DNA from: Candidatus Aenigmatarchaeota archaeon
Lineage (GTDB): Archaea > Aenigmatarchaeota > Aenigmatarchaeia > CG10238-14 > SCSR01
Length of the DNA: 16,407 nt
NCBI GenBank assembly: GCA_038999725.1
Contig: JAWBWS010000007.1
Coordinates: forward strand, 1 to 16,407
Reading direction: 5' to 3'
The notes beneath the pieces were generated by a model. It was given only the letters and a program-made list of their open reading frames with translations, made no database searches and had not been told where the DNA came from. Below are positions 15,376 to 16,407 of the stretch, in pieces. The position numbers and the translations under genes were made by a program. Every line of letters starts with the position of its first letter. The stretch's first letter is position 1.

Positions 15376-16407
15376 AATTGGGATTTGTAGCAATTGTAAT
15401 TTTTGCATTTATCTTTTTAGTTGAAAGTGTAAAGGCTTGTTACTTAAGTAATCCTTCTACCTTTTATCAATTTTGTTATGGTAATACATACTGTGAAAAT
15501 GATTCTGATTGTGGTGCTGGAAGTGTTGAGGCATCTGATTGGGGTGTAGATTTGGGAGGATGTGATATGGGATGTGAAGCCGGTCAACTTTATTCTCCTA
15601 CCTGTACTTCTACAGGCTGCTCCTGTGGCTTACCAGAAGCTAAGTGGAAGAAAACTTGCTATAATGGTGAAACATGTAAAGTAAGATGGAATTGGGACTG
15701 TAGCGGTACATTTGAAGGAAAATGGGATGCAAGTGAGGGAAAATGTGTACAATGTAATGAGCAGGCACAAATAAAAGCAATGAAATGTGGTGAAGAAATT
15801 GAAGAGAGTAATAGATGTGAATCTGCTTGTGGTGCTGATGAAGAATGTGATGAGATATCTCCACTCCATTCTCCTTCTTTACCTGATTTTTGTGGAGGAA
15901 GTACACTGGAAGTAAACAGAAAGTGTGCTACTTGGGATTGCAAATATTCTTCTGATAAGTATGTTTGTGAGCCTGCTAACTGTGGTGTTTCTCAATCATG
16001 TGGTGGCACAACTTATTACTGTGTTTATGATGGTGAAAAATGGGTATGGAGCACTACTAAGCCACCCGATTTTTGCTGCTCAGATGCTAATTGTTCTGGT
16101 TATGATCCAAATACCCATCTTAAGTTAGTTTGTGATTGTCCTGATATTACCAAATGTAGTTTACAACAGGATAATAATTATCAGTGTAAACCTTTGCGTA
16201 AATGTGAGAAAAATTCCGATTGTGCTCCTGGTTGGTGCTGTACTGCTGATCCGGCCTTATCGGCCGAGTGCAAAGATGTCATAGGAAGTTGTGTAAATGA
16301 GGGTAATATGAGATGTAATAATAGATATCTCTGTGACCCACCTGGGTGGAGTAATGAAAAAACTGTTGATGAAAAACAAGCCAATAATTTTCTTGATTTG
16401 ATTTTTA
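15351..16407 (+). CDS. Secreted cysteine-rich protein (truncated by window edge)
   Basis: Not in the ORF track because there is no stop in the window. Manual translation from ATG 15351: MVHNKVWLKLGFVAIVIFAFIFLVESVKA-CYLSNPSTFYQFCYGNTYCENDSDCG..., open for 352 codons and Cys-rich (CESACGADEECDE, CCSDANC, CEKNSDCAPGWCC). Overlaps the upstream gene by 25 nt. Confidence 0.88.
   Translation, partial: MVHNKVWLKLGFVAIVIFAFIFLVESVKACYLSNPSTFYQFCYGNTYCENDSDCGAGSVEASDWGVDLGGCDMGCEAGQLYSPTCTSTGCSCGLPEAKWKKTCYNGETCKVRWNWDCSGTFEGKWDASEGKCVQCNEQAQIKAMKCGEEIEESNRCESACGADEECDEISPLHSPSLPDFCGGSTLEVNRKCATWDCKYSSDKYVCEPANCGVSQSCGGTTYYCVYDGEKWVWSTTKPPDFCCSDANCSGYDPNTHLKLVCDCPDITKCSLQQDNNYQCKPLRKCEKNSDCAPGWCCTADPALSAECKDVIGSCVNEGNMRCNNRYLCDPPGWSNEKTVDEKQANNFLDLIF

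Noticed and set aside
15630..16384. Several short ORFs on both strands in the track
   Set aside because: All are explained as shadows or alternate frames of the long Cys-rich frame starting at 15351.
1..16407. CRISPR array, rRNA or IS transposase
   Set aside because: No regularly spaced direct repeats, rRNA-like sequence or transposase motifs seen.

Overview
AT-rich archaeal chromosomal segment. Archaeal markers are aRF1, rpS8e, rpL37e, Lsm, archaeal-type ValRS and intron-containing tRNAs without encoded CCA. Compact layout and divergent proteins suggest a DPANN-like lineage (inference only). From left to right: the N-terminus of a probable tyrosine integrase just downstream of tRNA-Glu(TTC), a thymidylate kinase-like gene, a RimJ/RimL GNAT, divergent tRNA-Ile(GAT) and tRNA-Ala(CGC), a metallophosphoesterase, a large Cys-rich surface protein, an orphan, a VIT1/CCC1 transporter, a Nudix hydrolase, valS, aRF1, TatD, rps8e, a VTT/DedA protein, lsm, a degenerate TFB-like gene, rpl37e, and a second Cys-rich secreted protein that runs off the end. 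Most notable: (1) the aRF1 has GGM in place of the near-universal catalytic GGQ; (2) all three tRNAs are interrupted, with three of the four introns at non-canonical sites (Ile 30/31; Ala 22/23 and 40/41); (3) a TFB-like gene with no Zn-ribbon sits inside the normally adjacent lsm-rpl37e pair; (4) tRNA-Glu looks like an integration site. All calls come from manual reading; no database searches were run.
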